The notes below the pieces were generated by a model. That model was not told where the DNA came from and made no database searches. It worked only from the letters and a program-made list of their open reading frames with translations. From contig JAKLFP010000006.1 of NCBI GenBank assembly GCA_022711115.1, positions 86,214-150,213 of the forward strand: a stretch of DNA of 64,000 nucleotides. Direction: 5' to 3'. The number at the start of each line of letters is the position of its first letter. Positions within the stretch are counted from its first letter, which is position 1. Made by a program: the position numbers and the translations under genes. Source of the stretch: Candidatus Omnitrophota bacterium. GTDB lineage: Bacteria; Omnitrophota; Omnitrophia; Omnitrophales; Aquincolibacteriaceae. This document shows positions 61,081 to 64,000 of this stretch, piece by piece.

Positions 61081-61188
61081 GAAATAGGTTGTCTTTCCTT
61101 ATTTCCGATCTGGATCTTTAGGTATGAGAAAACTCGCTGAAAGCGTAACATATTTTTTTATAATTTCAAGTTCTTGAAAAAGGATTTA

Positions 61189-61204
61189 TTAATGCATGCA
61201 TTAA
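61189..61204. promoter_or_regulatory. Perfect 16-bp palindrome TTAATGCATGCATTAA in the 315-bp AT-rich divergent intergenic region between the giant ORF (start 61080, minus) and its paralog (start 61396, plus).
   Basis: Read directly; the sequence equals its own reverse complement. Confidence 0.5.
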
Positions 61205-61395
61205 GATTTTAAATTTCGTTACTAATGACACTCCATTGCTATATACTGCTAGAATAAGAAAATTCATGGCAGGAGCTGTCTCTACTCCGTGTTGATTTTA
61301 GACACGATCTGGGCTATATATATTGTGCATTGCGCGAGAGTTCCAAGGTACACTGCAATAAAATTACGTAATGCTGTTTCCAAAATGAGGACACG

Positions 61396-63573
61396 ATGCG
61401 TCATCCTATTTCCTATAAAAGCGCTAGTGTGGCATTGGCTGCTATTTCAATGTTCCTTTTTTACAACTGGACTGCCACGGCGGAAACAACTCCTTCGTTA
61501 CCTTTAGAAAATCTTGCAATCCCTGAGTCCTTAGGCAAGGTTCAGGAACGTTTCGTCGGTTCCGGAAACCGCATCATTATTCAGATTCAGGATGTCCATG
61601 CACACGCCGCCGCACAGGAAAACATCGCGGCCATTCTGGAGCATCTTCAAATTGTCGGCAGGATCGATAAAGTCGCCTTGGAGGGTGCCTGGATCACAAC
61701 TGATTTGCCGAAAAGCCACGCTTTACCGACTTCCAGAGAAAAACAACTTCTCGCCAGATCCCTGCTGAGCGATGATCTTATTTCAGGCCCTGTCTACGCC
61801 TCCCTGATTGCCCCCTCCCCCTTGATGCTGATGGGGATGGAAGATGCGGAGTTGTATGAAAAAAACCGCGATCTTTTCATTAAACATCTTGAAGCCGCAC
61901 CAGCCATTGATTCGAAAGTTCGTGCTTATGGAGAAAGATTGCAAAACCTGCAAAAACAAGCCTGGAACCAGGATCTTCTGACTTTTGGAATTGCTTTTTC
62001 AAAATTTGAAGAAGCGATGGATTATGGAAAATTTTTTCCTTTCTTAATAGAAATTTCAGGTTCTCACAACGTTGATTTTTCAGACCTCGCTCAGATTGTT
62101 TTAACACGGGACATTATGGCTTTCGAAAAATCCATCTCGAAAGAACGCCTCGAGAAAGAGGCCAAACAGCTTATGCGTCAATTCAAGGACACTCCCTGGA
62201 CGCTGGAAGAATTGATTCGAGGCAATAAAATCCCGTCCGAACAGCTGGGTTTTTATCCGGAAATAAAAAAACTCCTCCACTTATTCAAACTTAGAGATCG
62301 GGTTTCTCTAACCGAGCTCATGTCTCAGACGGAAACCCTCATCAGTCGTATCCTCAAAATGCTTATTCAGACACCGGAAGAAGAGGCTTTGTGGGGAAAA
62401 AGTGAAAGATTTTTCCTGGCGAAACGGATTCTTCTTCTCAAGGCAGCGCCAGATGACCTCAAAACTTATGAGGATGAAAAAGCGGCTCTGGAGGCGGATC
62501 TTCAAGAGGCCGGACTTTCCGAGGGATTAGATCTTTCCTTGAAATTTTATGAAGTTGTTAAAAAACGCGATGAAATCTTTTATGACAAGATCGTTAATGG
62601 CCCCGCGTTCGCGGGTCCCCTTGCCGTCGTCACGGGGGGATTTCATACGGATGGTCTCTCCAAAAAATTTCGCGCCGCAGGAATCTCATATATCACGATT
62701 GCTCCCGAACTCGGGAACACTTCTATGGATGAAAAGCTTTATGTTGAGAGAATGCGTTCTTCAAAACCAGCGCAATACCAGGATTTGCCGCCCTTGGCAG
62801 ATCCCGGTATTGCCGAGGGTAAAACGGAAACTCTCTCGGAGCTTCGCAATGCTATTGCTTGGATCGACGAAAGATTTTTCGAGGCTTATGAGGTCTTGAT
62901 GCAAACCAAGGATGTACGAAAAGCCGTTGCTGCTTTTTCCGGAACAACCGTCACTATTTCTAACGCGCAAAAGATATCGTATGCCTATTCTGCGGGCAAA
63001 GTTGTTTCGGCAAGAAAGACAGGGGGAACCACCATTCCGGCCATTCATGAAGCTGAATTCCTAGCCAGCACGCGACAGGAACAATTAGCCGTTGTGCAAG
63101 GATGGCTTGATAAAGCTCCCCGCGTCGATCAAAAGGCCATGCTGGTCTCTTCTGTCAGTGTTCTTAAAAAATTGCTTTCGGACGAAAAAGTTCCAGGGCT
63201 GATCGAAAAAATCACTAAAAACGGGGATTTGCTTGTACTCCTGCAGGATATTCCCTTAACCGAAGTGCCTGAATCTTTGATGACAGCACGAGGGATCGAT
63301 CGTTTTGATGCGCCGGATTTCCAGCACTTGCTCCAAAATATGCCGCGTTTTCAAAGGCTTGCTAAAAAATATCCTTTTGCAATCATGAAAGAGGGCTACC
63401 GAAGCCAGGCCTATGTGGTGCTTCCGGAAGATCCGGCCTCATTAATCCTTTACCGAATCGTCACCTTAAGCCCAAGCCTTTATCAGGCTGCCAAAAACCC
63501 TCGCTTTCTTAATCTTTTGAAGGAGCTTGTTGCAGAGATCTTGTCCGAAGAGCTTCCTAAAAAATCCGTTTAG
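61396..63573 (+). CDS. Standalone paralog of the giant gene's N-terminal module (gene C): signal peptide plus TraB/GumN-like domain plus C-terminal extension. 725 aa, no RSExR junction.
   Basis: IIQIQDVHAHAAAQENIAAILEHL and AVVTGGFHTDGL align with module 1 of gene B and the N-terminus of gene A. GAGGA RBS 8 nt upstream. Confidence 0.8.
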   Translation: MRHPISYKSASVALAAISMFLFYNWTATAETTPSLPLENLAIPESLGKVQERFVGSGNRIIIQIQDVHAHAAAQENIAAILEHLQIVGRIDKVALEGAWITTDLPKSHALPTSREKQLLARSLLSDDLISGPVYASLIAPSPLMLMGMEDAELYEKNRDLFIKHLEAAPAIDSKVRAYGERLQNLQKQAWNQDLLTFGIAFSKFEEAMDYGKFFPFLIEISGSHNVDFSDLAQIVLTRDIMAFEKSISKERLEKEAKQLMRQFKDTPWTLEELIRGNKIPSEQLGFYPEIKKLLHLFKLRDRVSLTELMSQTETLISRILKMLIQTPEEEALWGKSERFFLAKRILLLKAAPDDLKTYEDEKAALEADLQEAGLSEGLDLSLKFYEVVKKRDEIFYDKIVNGPAFAGPLAVVTGGFHTDGLSKKFRAAGISYITIAPELGNTSMDEKLYVERMRSSKPAQYQDLPPLADPGIAEGKTETLSELRNAIAWIDERFFEAYEVLMQTKDVRKAVAAFSGTTVTISNAQKISYAYSAGKVVSARKTGGTTIPAIHEAEFLASTRQEQLAVVQGWLDKAPRVDQKAMLVSSVSVLKKLLSDEKVPGLIEKITKNGDLLVLLQDIPLTEVPESLMTARGIDRFDAPDFQHLLQNMPRFQRLAKKYPFAIMKEGYRSQAYVVLPEDPASLILYRIVTLSPSLYQAAKNPRFLNLLKELVAEILSEELPKKSV

Positions 63574-64000
63574 ACTTTTTCCGCCAGTTCTTTCCAGTTT
63601 GCAAGCGTCGTTTCAAAGCTTTGTTCGAGAATGTCTCTGACCTTCTGCTCGCCGAGAATCATACCTGCAATCCCCAGATCCCAGGCCACTTCAATGGCAA
63701 CCTGAACACCGTCTGAAACCGGCTGAAAGTCGTGCGTTCTTTTCATGACACCATTCATCGGAAGCTTGCTCTGAATGACCGCATGGCGCATCGGTTCCCA
63801 AACCATCATTTCATGCTCAGCTTCGATATGCTGCCGGCCAAGTTCACAGGATTCGCGCCAGCACAGGCCTTTCCCTTCCACGATCTCACCCATCCGTTCG
63901 GTTTCCTTGACACCATCGATCCATTCGGGATACCGGCGGACATCGGCAAGCAGTCCCCAAACTTTGTCAAGAGACGCATTGATGAAAATTGATTTTTTAA
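63570..64000 (-). CDS. SRPBCC (polyketide cyclase/dehydrase-like) protein, 3' part. The ORF continues past the window end; no stop upstream of 63893 in frame.
   Basis: Extended translation reads ..KKSIFINASLDKVWGLLADVRRYPEWIDGVKETERMGEIVEG.., a typical SRPBCC N-terminus. Confidence 0.55.
   Translation of the reverse strand, partial: KKSIFINASLDKVWGLLADVRRYPEWIDGVKETERMGEIVEGKGLCWRESCELGRQHIEAEHEMMVWEPMRHAVIQSKLPMNGVMKRTHDFQPVSDGVQVAIEVAWDLGIAGMILGEQKVRDILEQSFETTLANWKELAEKV

Noticed and set aside
58312-59187. HExxH (HEWAH) in module 2 as a zinc-protease active site
   Set aside because: A single HExxH is expected about 0.4 times by chance in 11.7 kaa, and no third ligand motif was recognised. 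Kept only as a low-confidence note.
26794-59202. RSEΦR junction as a dispersed DNA repeat, MITE or recombination site
   Set aside because: Synonymous and even two-base Arg codon changes (CGN vs AGR) occur at the sites and the flanks are unrelated. Conservation is at peptide level.
26794-59202. Position 4 of the junction (V/M/L/I) as internal start codons for re-initiation of separate proteins
   Set aside because: Codons include GTA, GTT, GCG, ATA and TTA, which are not start codons. No consistent SD precedes the sites. The frame is continuous.
26386-61140. Many plus-strand ORFs of 60-360 aa inside the giant gene (for example 52528..53610, 49759..50529, 45356..46045, 60136..61140)
   Set aside because: They are antisense to a strongly supported minus-strand coding frame, low-complexity or Arg/Phe-rich as is typical of antisense reading of coding DNA, and have no recognisable motifs.
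1-64000. tRNA, rRNA and CRISPR arrays
   Set aside because: No cloverleaf-like conserved tRNA boxes, rRNA-like segments or spacer-repeat periodicity were seen on reading. Intergenic space is small apart from 6943..7442 and 61081..61395.

Overview
This 64 kb window comes from an uncultivated-type bacterium (GC about 48%). It has a conserved housekeeping block at 7.4–25.9 kb and two giant genes. The housekeeping block carries sodB, a TPR protein, an MBL-fold hydrolase, two tandem folA paralogs with thyA, a GldF/GldG-like ABC transporter with a DUF4340-like protein, a BI-1/YccA-family protein, an ArsC/Spx-family protein, a NUDIX hydrolase, ggt, a split transketolase, an M24 peptidase, a GIY-YIG protein, a SemiSWEET-like protein, azoR and a MqnA/MqnD-family gene.

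The main feature is a single uninterrupted minus-strand ORF of 35,088 nt (25993..61080; 11,695 aa). Read directly from the sequence, it splits into 34 heterogeneous modules joined by 33 in-frame copies of a 5-residue junction R-S-E-[V/M/L/I/A]-R. The modules include complete metabolic enzymes (glutamate dehydrogenase, malic enzyme, UDP-sugar pyrophosphorylase with GalE-like epimerase, inositol monophosphatase, SAM methyltransferase, GT35 alpha-glucan phosphorylase, CN-hydrolase-like). They also include an ACP-like and a MraZ-like module, membrane segments, and beta-rich modules that carry their own signal peptide straight after the junction.

The junction is kept at the amino-acid level but varies at synonymous codon positions, so it is not a DNA repeat. 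I propose a bacterial polyprotein or concatenated-gene architecture with a conserved inter-module processing or recognition site.

A second gene of the same kind runs off the window edge (<1..6942, minus) and carries the same junction motif in frame at least four times. It shares its roughly 630-aa N-terminal module with the giant ORF and with a standalone divergent paralog (61396..63573, plus). This shared module has weak TraB/GumN/TIKI-like GxxH motifs, which suggests a cis-acting protease. That assignment is inference only.

Other observations: recent intragenic duplications inside the giant gene, a deletion-derived peroxiredoxin remnant upstream of sodB, and a perfect 16-bp palindrome in the divergent promoter region between the giant gene and its paralog. 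No rRNA, tRNA or CRISPR was recognised.
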